A DNA stretch of 55,190 bases from Vicugna vicugna (GCA_013265495.1 MU058037.1:436001-491190), one strand, 5' to 3'. Positions 38,661 through 51,256 are shown, numbered from the stretch's first letter. The notes: generated by a model from the letters alone, not told the origin. Translations and numbers: made by a program.

Positions 38661-39480
38661 ATGTGTCAGAGAGTTTGTGCTACTAACAACTTCAGTCACT
38701 TACCTCCAGGATATATAAGAGAAGATTAAATAATTTAAAATGTTACTGAATTAGATCTTCAAGGTAGAGAATTGTCAGTCAGCTATAAAGTGCCTGAAAT
38801 TTGATGACCCTCCCTCCAATATATTTGAGTCTTTTATCTTCTGTGTCATATATGTATAGTACCAACCAAGAGACTGAAAGTTGCACCAAGATGATTTCAG
38901 TTTTGAGTTTTTGCCAAGGAAACCCAATTGAAAAGTGAAATGGCAAAACTAATTTGCACTGGTATATTCTAGACACTGAATATCCCCTCCCTAGAGAATC
39001 TGCATTCTAAAATAAGACCATTGGGAAAAATAATGCAGAAAAATAGAAGGAAATCCTTAGACAATGCAGTATGAGGTACCACAAGGGAAAATATTAAACA
39101 TTCACTCTGCTTTGCTACAGATTAACCTTTTTTATGCTTGGTAAAGTTTTAATATAGACCCAAAGTCCCAATTTTGTGAATACTTATGTATGAATTAATA
39201 TATTTGAGTATAAATAATTGAGTAGATAAAAAAACAAGGAATTATGACCATTGTCAAAATTGTATTGAATAAAAAGTATAGGAACTTATTCATCTAACAA
39301 GTGTCCTATTGAGGACTTAGAGTGTCCCAGTCACTTGGGACGGTGTCATGAACAATAAGTGAAAGACAGTCTCTTCTTTCATGGAATCTTAGATTTGACA
39401 AGGGGGTGCATTAAAAAATTGTCACCCAAATCATTATTTCATTATAAGCCTGGTTAATGCTGTAAAGCAAAGTGTAAGCA

Positions 39481-39632
39481 CAGTCGGCCCTCCGCATCCA
39501 CAGATGTAGGACCTACAGATACTAAAGGCAGACTGTACTACACCATTTTATATAAAGGACTTGAGCATCTGTGGATTTTGGTATCCATGGGAGTCCTGGA
39601 ACTAGTTACCTACAGATACTGAGGGACGAGTT
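39481..39632 (-). mobile_element. MER2-family Tigger (TcMar) MITE derivative
   Basis: TIR 'cagtcggccctccgcatcc', core 'ccattttatataaaggacttgagcatctgtggattttggtatcc', right end 'gatactgagggacga' followed by TA. Confidence 0.85.
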
Positions 39633-42531
39633 TACTTGGTTTCTTTGAGAAAATCATGTTTAAAAAGCATTGGCTATTGTAAACTTAGAATCTTATTTTT
39701 TTTTAAAAAAAAACAGAGAAAAATGCCACACAACAAAGCTTTACCATTACACTCAGTGTTCTTTATTTTGTGTTTGTGTGTGTGTGTGTCAAAGAGGTAT
39801 GGTAATACTAATGTTACTATATATCTGATGATATAAAGAAAATTCTTTCTCTTTTAAAGAAAACATTTCTATTTATCTTTATATTATTGTGAAAGTTGTG
39901 TTTCCATAGCTACAAGCTATTTATTTGGATCAGTTGTCCTTAATTGACATAGAGGTTGCAATTTGGCAAGAATCAATAGTTTTGTCAATTAACTGAACTT
40001 AATTTCTAAATGAGTGAATGTTAAAGTTAGTTTTCAGTAATGAACTACTATTTTGGCTTCATGTTTGTTTTCTATTTCAGTATAATGCATGGCTGAAGAA
40101 CACTTACATACAGATTAAGTTCTATATTATTCTGCTTTTAACTTTTTTTTCAGGAAAAACAAAATCTTAAATACTTTTTAATCACTGTATTTTCTAAATA
40201 CTCACAAAACCCACTGCATAGGATATTTATTTAAAATGATTATAGGTTTCTTAGAAATAAAGACAGTTAAAGGATTAATGACTGATGAAGATGGGCCCAA
40301 ATACCCAAATTGTAAATTCAGAATTATGCTGTCTCCTGATGACTTATTCTAGGTTTATTCACTGAAAACATAAGTTTGTTGATCAAAATTCAAGTTCATT
40401 GGGCATCTATTTTTGGTTTACTTGCCAAAATGCTGTGATTCTTGCTATTAAAACAATATGTAAATTTCATGTGATAAAATATTATCCAGTGATCACAAAC
40501 AACTTTATGAGGAGATATTTAATCAGCCATCCATCCCCATTTTTTTTTTACTGTGTGAAATCCTTTTCTGAGGAGCATTTGACACCTCTGAACGTCACAA
40601 TCTGTTATATATGGTTAAATTTGTCTCATGTTATATAATATATAATATTCTATTATTCTCACTTGGTAATCCTTTTGATATTTTTTTCCTCATTGGTCAT
40701 TGTGACCAGTGTCTTTTGGAAAATTGTTATTTGTTTTTGTTACTTTAGGTCATACAGCTTCACTGCAAAGTAAAGAAAGTAAGCAAACAAAACTATTTCC
40801 TTGTCTTCTGCTGACCTCCAGATTCTTCTAACATTACCCTGTATAATCAGGTCTGAACTCCCCTAAGCCTCACAGGTCTGTGACTGTAGATGAACAGTGA
40901 TCTATCCATTGTTGATGGCTTCTTCTATCAGTGGTAATGGAGCACCTTTATCCACAAGTCATCCCCTTTCCCTCACTGCCTAATATTCTTGTCCAGGTAT
41001 TTTCTGGAAGTCCCCAGGACTTCTTTGGAAGCTCAGGAACTATAGATCTGGGAGTATATCTTTGGTTAACCTCATCCTTCCTCAGCTACCTTCTTTCCTA
41101 TAATTAGGAGTTGTCTGTGAAGTCACTTGAAGATGGCACCTCATCACTGCCATTGTTTTCAGTACCTTTCACAAAAACGCTGATGTCTGGACCAAGAGGG
41201 TTGTTACTCATTATTCACAATGAGAGATCCTTAAGGTGCCAAGGAGGTTTCGTGTTCCTGAGAGTTCTCTGGGACCTGAGATGAGGAGAATGGTTATTAA
41301 CCCTTCTTTTTCAGATTTTGTTAAGAGGCACCAAACCAGCGTTTCTTTTGATACCATTGTCACTCAGAATTCTTCATAAAAACAAGTGAAATCCCTTTGT
41401 GTGTCTCCATCCCACTCACATAAGAGTTGCCATGTCACTGGGCATTTTGGCTTGGAAATTAACATTTTAGAAAAAATTCTATCTAGCCTTTACCATCTCA
41501 GTTCCTACACCCACCTCCCATAGGATGAACACCCTGCTCCACAACAAACCTCATGACTTTAGGCAAAGTGTGGCATACAAATAAACTAAAGGGATTCTTA
41601 GCAGCCTTACCCACTGCTAATGAGACACTTGAACAAGTAGGGAGTTTCTCTTTATTATCATACCCTTCTCTCAATTCATGCTCAATTCATGTTTAAAACC
41701 ACTTCATTCTTTGCCTTATTTCCCCAAAGCCAACTCTATCAGTTTAGAGCTCCAATGTATCAGTATCTGACCTTCATTTAAAACGTGATAGATACAACAT
41801 AGCCAAGACAATCATAAAACAACTTAAAATAAATAATTCCAGAAACCAACAAGGCTTATAGGTTCTTAGAAGATTTACTGAATCCATGGTCTACCCCAAC
41901 ATCATGAGAGTATGTAATTTTTTTTCCAAAGGGTCAATTTTCATGAACACTCATAGAAGATAAATCTCTGTATTAAAACATTGTCTCTAATTTTAAGTTC
42001 AGCTGACTCCAAATTCATACCCTCACACCTATCACCCTCACAATGCACATTATAGTAGTGGTTGTATCCCCATTGCCTATCAAGAGAAAAGGAAGTATGA
42101 AACTGGAAATATGACCTTCCTTCACAAGACAGAGGAGGTACACACATCCTCGTAAAAGCACAGTATCAATAGGTAAGGTAAGCATCCATGTTTTGAGGAA
42201 ATATGAGTAAAGTAAATAATTCTAGCTAAGTTTTAAAATCTTAATCACAAAAGAAGATAACAAGATAAAAAGGGATGTAGCATGCTGTTATGATTGCAAG
42301 ATGTTTCTGATTTATAATACTACACTCTAAGAAGCAAAAGGTTAAAAGAGATAGACCAATGTGGGTTTGAAATAGCCACTGATCACAGCTGAGTAACCCA
42401 TAAAAAATAGATATGCCTGAGCAATATGCTCTATAAAGTTCCCCAAAGATAAGAATACTGATGTAGAAATGGAGGAACAAACCATAAGAACCATATTATA
42501 GCAACTATTCTCAAGACACAAAGTTTTAAAG

Positions 42532-42720
42532 CAGTGATTCTCAAAGCATGATCCTGGACCCAGCAGCATGACCTGGGAATTTGTTAGATATGCAAATCCT
42601 GATATTGTTCCCGAGACTTAATGATTTAGAAACTCCAGGGGTGGGGCCCAGAAATCCATGTTTAATCTGTTAATCTTCCTCCTTGTCATTCTGATACATG
42701 CTTAAAATTGAGAACCACTG
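42532..42720 (+). mobile_element. MER5A (hAT-Charlie MITE), full length
   Basis: TIRs 'cagtgattctcaa' and 'ttgagaaccactg', with a degraded 8-bp TSD (ttttaaag / gtttagag). Confidence 0.9.
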
Positions 42721-43635
42721 GTTTAGAGACAATTTATAAATGATTTACTTATATGTATAAACATTGGCTAGTTGTCTAGATTTAAGAATCTACAGAGATA
42801 AAAGAGGCATACAGCAAAACTCATGCTCTTTACGGTCATAAAACTTGGTTAAGAAACAACAAATAATTTACAGATTTTTAGAAATCCAATGCAACAAAAA
42901 GGAAAATGATATAGAGCAGTCAGGTTTAGATTAACTTCTAATTTCATAGAATTAAATATTCCTAATGCACTTCCAGAAGAAGGAAAGATCACTTCCTCCT
43001 GGTAGGATTCAGAAAGACTGCTAAGAGGAAGTGATGGTTAGGACTGTTAGGAGGGTTTTGAATGGAAATTATGGAAGTTAGGAAATTAAAGGGAAAGTAA
43101 GAGGGGACATTCAAGACTTGGAGAAAGTACAAATAGTATTTCGATGACTGAAGTGATTAGTTAATTGAAACAGAAGTTTCATGTTCGTTCAAGACATAAG
43201 GAAAGAGGTTCAACCTTGCCCTTAGAGTTTAGCCTTGGAATTTATTGGTATCTTTGTAGCATATGATGCTTTGAAAATTTTTCTTTAAATATTTTATCCA
43301 GTATTTGTTTTAAGTAGGAGGGTGTTCTGAATAAGTTGTTCTACCATTCCTGGAAATGGATCTTGAATAACTTAATAAGATGTCAGCTGTATTTAAGTCA
43401 CTGTACTAGACTGAAGAGGTACAAAGCTGAACTAGATGCAGTCCCTGCTCTCAAGCTTATGGTCTCCTAGAAAAGATGGTACAGTGTGATGTATTATACT
43501 TTGGGCATGTAGGGTTTACTGATTTTATACTGTTTGAGATCTAATGATTGGGCGTTCACTATATTAGATCTCTACTACAAAATAAAAGATTTAAGGCAAT
43601 TATTTAGGTTACAGACCCATTAGAATATGTGCACT

Positions 43636-44010
43636 CATTGGTATTTACCCAAAATGTTGAAAACTTATGTCCACGTAAAAACTTTCACACAGACATTTAT
43701 AGCAGCTTTAGTCATAATTGCTAAAACTTATAGGCAACCAAGATGTTCTTCAGTAAGTGAACAGATAAATATACTGTGGTATATCCAAACAATGGAATAT
43801 TACTCAGCAGTAAAAAGAAATGAGCTATCAAGGCATGAGAAGGCATGGAGGAACCTTAAATGCATATTACTAAGTGAGAGAAGCCAGTCTGCTTGATTCC
43901 AACTATATGAGATTCTGGAAAAGGCAAAACTGTGGAGTCAGTAAAGAGATCAGTGGCCTGCCAGGGGTTAGGAGTGGAGTGATGAATAGGCACGGCATAG
44001 AGGACTTGTA
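43636..44010 (+). mobile_element. L1MC1-like ORF2 end/3' UTR fragment
   Basis: ORF 43627-43896 reads as degraded L1 ORF2 C-terminus (FIAALVIIAKT..QPRC...WYIQTMEYYSAVKRNEL). Confidence 0.85.
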
Positions 44011-44011
44011 G

Positions 44012-44447
44012 TGGGGAACCTCCATACTGTTTTCCATAGTGACTGCACCATCTACATCAAACTAAAAAGCTTTTGCACAACAGAGTAAACAGCAGAATGA
44101 AAAGCAACCTATGGAATAAGAGGAAATATTTGAAAAACAAAAATATAATAAGGGCTTAATATCCAAAAAAAATAAGAGACTCCTACAACTCAACAAAAAA
44201 TAAACAATCTGATTACAAAATGGGCAAAGGACTTGAATAACCATTTCTCTGAAGAAGATATACAAGTGGCAGACAGGTTTATGAAAAGGTGCTCAACATC
44301 ACTAATTATCAGGGAAATGCAAGTCAGAATCACAATGAGATATCACTTCACACTTGTTAACAATGGTTCTTATCAAAAAGAAAAAACGTAATGAGTGTTG
44401 ACAAGGATATGAGAAGATTGGAACTCTTGTACATTGTTAGTAGGAAT
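44012..44447. mobile_element. L1MA/MB ORF2 fragment with internal inversion (44012-44057 antisense, 44052-44447 sense)
   Basis: 'ggaacctccatactgttttccatagtgactgcacca' is antisense L1. 'acatcaaactaaaaagcttttgcaca...aaatgggcaaaggacttgaata...cattgttagtaggaat' is sense L1. Confidence 0.85.
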
Positions 44448-44454
44448 TTTATGG

Positions 44455-45265
44455 ACTTTTAAATTGAAATATAACATACATAGACAGCAGTGAAAACCAA
44501 GTGTTCAGAGAGTTTTACAAAGTAAACACACCCTTGTAAACGTACCAGAAGCAGAAACAGACCGTGAACAGGGCTCTTGAAGCCTCCGTTGTTTTCTCTT
44601 CTGATCACCACCACCACTTCCTGGCCAGAGATAACCACTGCTCTGACTTCATGGGATAGTTTTGCCCTTCTGAATTTTATATAAATGGAATAATAGAGCA
44701 TGTATGCTTTTGAGTCTGGCTTTCTCCACCACATGTTGTGAGATTCACGTATAGCAGTATATCATTAATTTTCACTTTTGTATAATATACCATTGTTTGA
44801 TCCTATCCAAATTATTTATGCATTCTACTATGACAAGACAGGTAAGATTCTTACAGTTTTTGCTTGTAATGAATGAAGCTGCTATTAACACTGTAGTAGA
44901 TGGATTTGGGAGGCATATATTGGAAATTTATTTAGATATGCCTGTGGTCCACTTGTATAGACACTGACAATCATTTTTACATAGTAGTTTAGTTCTTTTA
45001 CATGGACTCTAAGCAAGAGTTTATGGAAATCCTACTTGTCTCATATCCTCATAATATTTAATATTGTCAGTCTTCTTAAAAATTTTGTCATTCTCTTGGC
45101 TATACAGTAATGTTCTATGGTGGTATTAATTTGCATTTCTCTGACTAATGATGTGGAGCACCTTTCTATATATTATTGGATACTTAGATACCCCTTCTCA
45201 TGCCTGTTTAAATATTTCCCCATTTTGCTATTGAGTGGTGTTTCTGTTGTTGATTTGTAGAGTTA
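44455..45265 (-). mobile_element. L1ME 3' region
   Basis: 'tttaaattgaaatataacatacata...gtaaacacacccttgtaa...ataaatggaataat...ttaatttgcatttctctgactaatgatgtggagcacc'. Confidence 0.8.
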
Positions 45266-46519
45266 CAGAATTGGCAATACTTTTAGTGGAATGCTGAGGA
45301 GCAATCATAAAATTTAGCAAGGCAGAAAAAGTGTCAGAGGAAGAGGAAAATGATTATGTAAGAAATTTGGGGGGTCATCTTTGGAAAAATGGTAATCTGC
45401 CAGTATGAAGTGGAATTATGTCTGGAGTAAAAATACAGAATTATTTTCTAGACTCACCTGCTGCTCTCACATTACATAGAATTATGGTACATTTTCTAAA
45501 TCTTGCTTGGGAAATGAGAGAAACTCATCTCTAGTCAATCTGTCATTTGCTGTTTCTCTGTTATATAGACATTTACTGTGTGTCAGCTTCTAAATAGTAG
45601 AGAGAGAAACGGATGAGAGTGGGGAAGAGAGAGGAGTTTACATTTCACACTCTCTTCTGAGCATGGTTGTTGATTTGAAAAATCACAACAGCCACAACAT
45701 GGCAGATTTTCAGCCTTACTCAAATTGCCTTTTGAAAGTGCAATTTTTCTGTATAGTGAAACCTTCCTATGTGAAATTGACTAGGAAAATGTGAGGGACC
45801 GTCTCCCCCCCATAAATATTAGTTTATTCATGATAAAGGATGAATGCTAATTTTCATTTATTTCTCCTAGAATAAGTTATGCTCTTAACAGTAGGAAATA
45901 CTGTTTAATCAAGATATATATCAGTCTTCCCATTTTATAAAGATAAATCTTTTCTTTCCTCTTAACTAAATATTGTATATGGTTCTTGAGAATCTTGCTT
46001 GATTATATTTCATCTTACGGAGACTTTACAGAATTCTAAAAATGCATTTCATAGTCAAAAGAGTTGCTTTTCACCAGAATTGAATTTTAACATGGTATCC
46101 ATCTCTCACTTATCTTCCTCATCAACTTGATTTTCACTTATTTCTTTTTGTAAGGTCCTCCTGCTCTTTCTGATCTGAGATATGGATAACGTTTATACCT
46201 GGGACATGTAGCAAGTAGTTTCCCTTCCTGCAACGAATCAGAAAAAATAAAAGAAAAGGAAGGGAAGGAAGAAAATGGAAATTGAAATATGTCGGAAAAT
46301 CGCATCCTTTACTTAAAATATGGCCTTTTGAAAATCTTTTTAGATACATATGATTTTCCAAGGCTAATATTTCCTTTGGGGGAAGAACATTCTAGGTCAG
46401 ATATGGAAAAGGAGATCCTATATTAATATTAAATCTCTTGAAATTCTTTGGCGTACAAAAACTTTGGTTGTTTTACCAAAATAATCTGTGGAATGTCACT
46501 GTCTTCCTGAAAAAGGAAG

Positions 46520-47128
46520 CATACCAGTAATCAAGTTATTGTCTCTCAGTTCCAAGCCCGCCATTCCATTCCCTGCTTTGTTATCCAGGGCTGGAACTCA
46601 ACAAAAACACCTTTGTGCTTTGCCAGCTGCTCCTTGATAGCTTCTCCCTATGAGGGTTAGAGAGAGAGAGAGACTCTGACAGACTCTTACTGACTACAAA
46701 GCTGGAGCAGGGAGAAGGGACTTCTGTCTCTTTGTTTTTATCCTGTCAGCATCAGTGCAACAGCTCTTCTTTACCCAAGCAGCCGTAGTTCCTTTCTCTA
46801 GGAACAGCTGACAACAGTGCAGGTTTTCCAATATTTGTGTAGAGCCAGCCTCAGCCTATCCCCGTTAGAGACACCAGTGCCAGCTGAGCTTTCTAAGAGG
46901 TTCCTCCACTAAGCAACTATGTTTTCTCAGTTTCAGTCTCTTCTCTTTGTTCCTCCAGCCACATAGGTGGTAATTCATGAAGTTTCTACCTCTGTGATAC
47001 CTCAGAATTTTCTTTCTGTCCTATCAGTTACCTAGTTAACAATTATATACCTAGTTAACAGTTCTTAATATCAAATAATACTTACATTCTCTCTGTTAGA
47101 TAGCTGCTGTGCTTTCATCTCTTGACTA
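46520..47128 (+). mobile_element. LTR41-like ERVL solo LTR
   Basis: 'ttattgtctctcagttccaa...ctgctttg...gctttgccagctgctcc...gctggagcagggagaagggactt...agagacaccagtgccagc'. Confidence 0.75.
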
Positions 47129-47275
47129 CACACACACAGACACGCATGTACAAGATGTATATATGATGTATAATATATGTGATGTGTAATATGTATATGT
47201 GATCTGTAGTATGTATATAGCACATATATAATATATATGATATGCATGTAGCATATATAAATGATATAAATTATT
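47128..47275. repeat. (CA)n followed by degenerate (TA/TATG)n low-complexity tract
   Basis: 'acacacacacagacacgcatg...tatatgatgtataatatatgtgatgtg...catatataatatatatg'. Confidence 0.85.
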
Positions 47276-48019
47276 TAACTTTTTTCTTGTTATATAATCA
47301 ATCGAAAATAGAGGGAAATTAGGGGAAAAATACCAAAACATAAGTATACACACATATGTGCTCCTGAATGAGGCATAGTTAGGTCTATTTGCTCATGTTG
47401 AAAGATCTTGTATGACAGATTTTTTAAATGTGGTGAGTGATTTCGTATTCAAGTAAAGTAAATTGATCACTGAGGACTTTATTTATTATGTGATGATAAC
47501 AATGATAATGCTGATGATAGTTTTTATTGGATACCTGCTAATGACAGGGATCTATTCCTCCAAGATTTCTTTGGAGCTATGCACGTGCTTTGGAAGGATT
47601 TTATTTCCTGGAGAATTCTCAAAGAAAGATAACAAATTCCTCAGAAGTTGCACTGAGTGGAGTGGACATGTTGACTATTTATCATGATGATTTTTGACAT
47701 AACCTTAGAGGAGAGAAAAGAATGTTTGAAGGGTGGGAAATGGTTCCATCTATTTAGGGAGATAGATAGGTTTGACTTGAGCTGTCATTTATATGAATAT
47801 GTGCTATAAAGGGCCCAATTTTGATGCTAGCTGAAAGCACCTGACAAGAGTAATTACCCATCACCAGTCCTCTTGGACACTGCACTTACTTTAGTTCTAG
47901 TGAGTGTAGCTGGTAGAGTGGAAACAGTGTCTCTGCATTGAAAGAGGTTCTATTATCCAACACAGGAAAAGAAAAATCTTTAACCTAAGAATGATGCAAG
48001 TTGAGACTTTTTTAGTTAA

Positions 48020-48560
48020 TATTCAACAACTAAATTTTCATAAAATTTGAAACTACTATGTGTTAGAAAATTATGCTAGGTATGGGTTCTACTCTCAAGA
48101 AGAAACAGAAATGTAAATACAAGAAAGTCCAGTGTGATAAATGTAGCAGTAGTGCTATATATAGAAACTAATCACTGAACAAGTGATTAACGTTCCAGCA
48201 TGAAGTAGATTAACATCCAAGTCACCTGCACTAGGTTTGGAAGTATCTTTTTTTTTTTTAAACTGGTTGGGGAGGTAATTAGGTTTACTTCTTTATTCTT
48301 AGAGGAAGTACTGGGGATTGAACCCAGGACCTCATGCATGCTAAGCATGCATTCTACCACTTGAGCTGTACCCTCCCCCCGGAAGTATCTTTAATTTTGT
48401 CAGGTGGACAAAGGGAAGAAAAAAAATCCCACAAAAAGGAAACACTATGTGCAAAGGCGCCAAAATGTTAAGTGGGTTGGTATGTTAGAAACACTAAAAG
48501 CAGTTCAGTGTTCTTAGAGGGTTAAGTGTGAGGGACAATAAATGGAAAATTAAATATAGT
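48020..48560 (-). mobile_element. L2 3' fragment hosting the young SINE
   Basis: 'attcaacaactaaattt...actactatgtgttag...atgctagg...ctactctcaagaag...tatgtgcaaaggc'. Confidence 0.6.
48251..48380 (-). mobile_element. tRNA-Ala(AGC)-derived SINE, camelid Vic-1-like, with 12-bp TSD
   Basis: Minus strand reads GGGGGGAGGGTACAGCTCAAGTGGTAGAATGCATGCTTAGCATGCATGAGGTCCTGGGTTCAATCCCCAGTACTTCC, then a short tail and poly(A). A and B boxes are present. Exact direct repeat ggaagtatcttt at 48239-48250 and 48381-48392. Confidence 0.9.
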
Positions 48561-50249
48561 CTATAACCTCTTGGTAGAGGCCTGAAAAATCTACTCAAGA
48601 TTGGCTTGAGGAACATTGAGAAGGAAGGCTAGCATCAACCATAGTCAGTATTTTCTTCCCTTTACACCCCATTTGCTTTTCCAATGCATTTATGCTTATG
48701 ACTCAATACTAAGTGTTGTCCCCTAATAAAATGTAGTGACAAATAGTTTGAAGATGTTCATAGAACCTGGATAGACATATATATTTGAGACCATAAAGAA
48801 ACATCAATAAAGCGTATTTAACCTATTCTGTTCAAATCGTTTTCTAATATATTCAAAAAGAAGAAAAATTATTTAAGAAGAAAATTGGAGGAAAAAAAAA
48901 AGAAAAGAAAAAATAGGCTCCGGGCTTTCTACAGCAAGAGATCCATCTATGCAGATTCATCATCCTTATGGTAACAGAGTAACAAGTGGCAGTAGCAAAT
49001 TTTCCATAGTGCCAACCTGTCCACTTAGCAAAACAGAACTCTTGGAGGATGAGTTATGCTATGGGCGTGGCACTATGACCTCCTTTTGTTTTTTAACCCC
49101 ACTGTCAGGTATCAGGGGAAGAGTAGGATATGAGAGCTCGCAGAATGAAGACATACAAAAAAAGCCAGTTTGCCTCGGGCAGGAACTTTGCTTCACTAAG
49201 GCCAGCGGGATATAAAGATACAAGGCCCTAGCTAGGATGATTATAGGAAGCGTGTGGTTAGAGATGTTTGGCACCAGAAGTGGCACATTTTCAAAACAAA
49301 GTCTGATGTCTCAAATCAGCTAGTATATCTTCATGTGTAGAAGAAAAAGAATAGTTAAAATGTATGCTTGCTTGATAATCTACTTCACTGAATTTTTAGA
49401 AAGATTACATAATATATTTAAAGTCAGCACAATGCCTGGCACAAAGCAAGTGTTTTTTATGCTTAATAAAGATCACCTTATTCTTCATCCTACTATTATT
49501 TTTGCTTTCTTTAGTTTGAGCTGAGGCTCAAAGTAAGAAATAGTATCGATCTGTACAGAAGCTTTTTCTAATTTGATAAATACTTTTTATATTACAATGA
49601 TGTTAATTTATAATCTAAGTAATAATTAAAATAAGCAATTTGTATATTAATCTTGAAGTTGTATTTAACTGAAATATTTGAGCATCTCATAAACACAAAA
49701 TAACAATATGGTGGTGGGGCAATATCAATATTAATAAATAATACTAGGGTTTACAATTCTGTGAGGGAGGGAAATATTAATAAACAAAAGCAAAACCTAC
49801 AGAGGTTAAGTGTTCACCATGGCTGTGGTATTAGAATAGAGGAGGATTTGATAGATGATGTAGATGCAGAATTGACTGGATTTAATGATAAAATGGATAT
49901 AATATTAGAAAATGGAGGCAATCAGGATGAATCTTAGCATGCTACTTTTTAATGAACTATGAGAGCAAAGGTTGGGGTGCTGCTTCTACTATATACAAAT
50001 GGAAACACTGGTAGAGAGCTTGGAACTGGGTGTAGGTCTGAAGCAAATGTCAAGGCTGGACATGCACACTTGGGGGTCATTTACAAGACATGACAATCCC
50101 TGACATACAATGTTTTCATGTTTTACTTTAAAGGATGTAAAAATCTGAATTATGCATTTATACTTTTTAGTCACTCTGGAATATGCTTTAATGGTTAATC
50201 GACTCAACCAAACCCAAGACAGCCCTCTCCATTTAGTGACGGGATATTT

Positions 50250-51256
50250 TTTATTTTTTCCAGATTAATTGAGATATAATTGACATATAACATTGTGTAA
50301 GTTTAAGGTGTCCAATATAATTATTTGATACATGTATATATTGTGAAATGTTTACCACAATAATGTTAGTTAACACCTCCATCTTACTTAATTACCATTT
50401 TGTTTTTGTTGTTATGGTGAAATCATTAAAGCTCTACTCTCTTAGCAACTTTGAGGTATACGTTACAGTATTGTCAACTTCAGTCGCCATGTTGTACCTT
50501 AAATCCCGAGAATTTATTCATCTTATAATTGAAAGTTTGTACCCTTTGACCAACATCTCATTTCCCCCACCCTTCAGCCCCTGGCAACTACCATTCTATT
50601 CCCTGTTTCTATGTGTTCAGTGTTTTTAGTTTTCACATAATAGTGAGATCATAAAGTATTTTTCTTTGTCCAACTTATTTGACATAGCATGGTACCCTCA
50701 GGATCCATCCATGTTGTCACCACTGGCAAGATTTCTTCTTTTTTACAGCTGAATAATACTCCTGTGTATATGTGCCTCTGTCTGTGTGTGTGTATGTGTA
50801 TCACATTTTATTTATCCATTCATCTAATGATGGGTGCTTGGTTGCTTCCCTGTCTTGGCTATTGTGAATAATGCTACAATGAATGTGGGAGTTCAGATGT
50901 CTTTTTGAGATAGTAATTTCATCTTCTCAGATATATACCCAGAAGTGGGATTTCCGGATCATACAGTAGTTCTGTTTTTAATTTTTGGAGAAACTTTCAT
51001 ACTGTATTCCATAGTGGCTTTACATTTCCACCAAAATTACCCTAGAGTTCACTTTTCTCCACATCCTTGCCAGCATTTATTATCTCTTGTCTTTTTGATA
51101 ATAGATATCCTAACAAGTGTGAGGTGCTATCTCATTGTAGTTTTAATTTACATTTCCCTGATGATTAGTGATGTTGAGCACCTTTTCATGTACTTGTTGG
51201 CCATTTGAATATCTTGTTTAGAAAAATGTTTATTCAAGAATTTGGACCATTTTTAA
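50250..51256 (-). mobile_element. L1MA (L1MA8-10-like) 3' UTR and ORF2 end, left part
   Basis: 'ttgagatataattgacatataacattgtgtaagtttaaggtg...aagctctactctcttagcaactttga...gtgaggtgctatctcattgtagttttaatttacatttccctgatgattagtgatgttgagcacc'. Confidence 0.9.

Noticed and set aside
48303..48380. Functional tRNA-Ala(AGC) gene
   Set aside because: Followed by a SINE tail and poly(A), flanked by a 12-bp TSD, and the acceptor stem is imperfect. It is a retroposed SINE.
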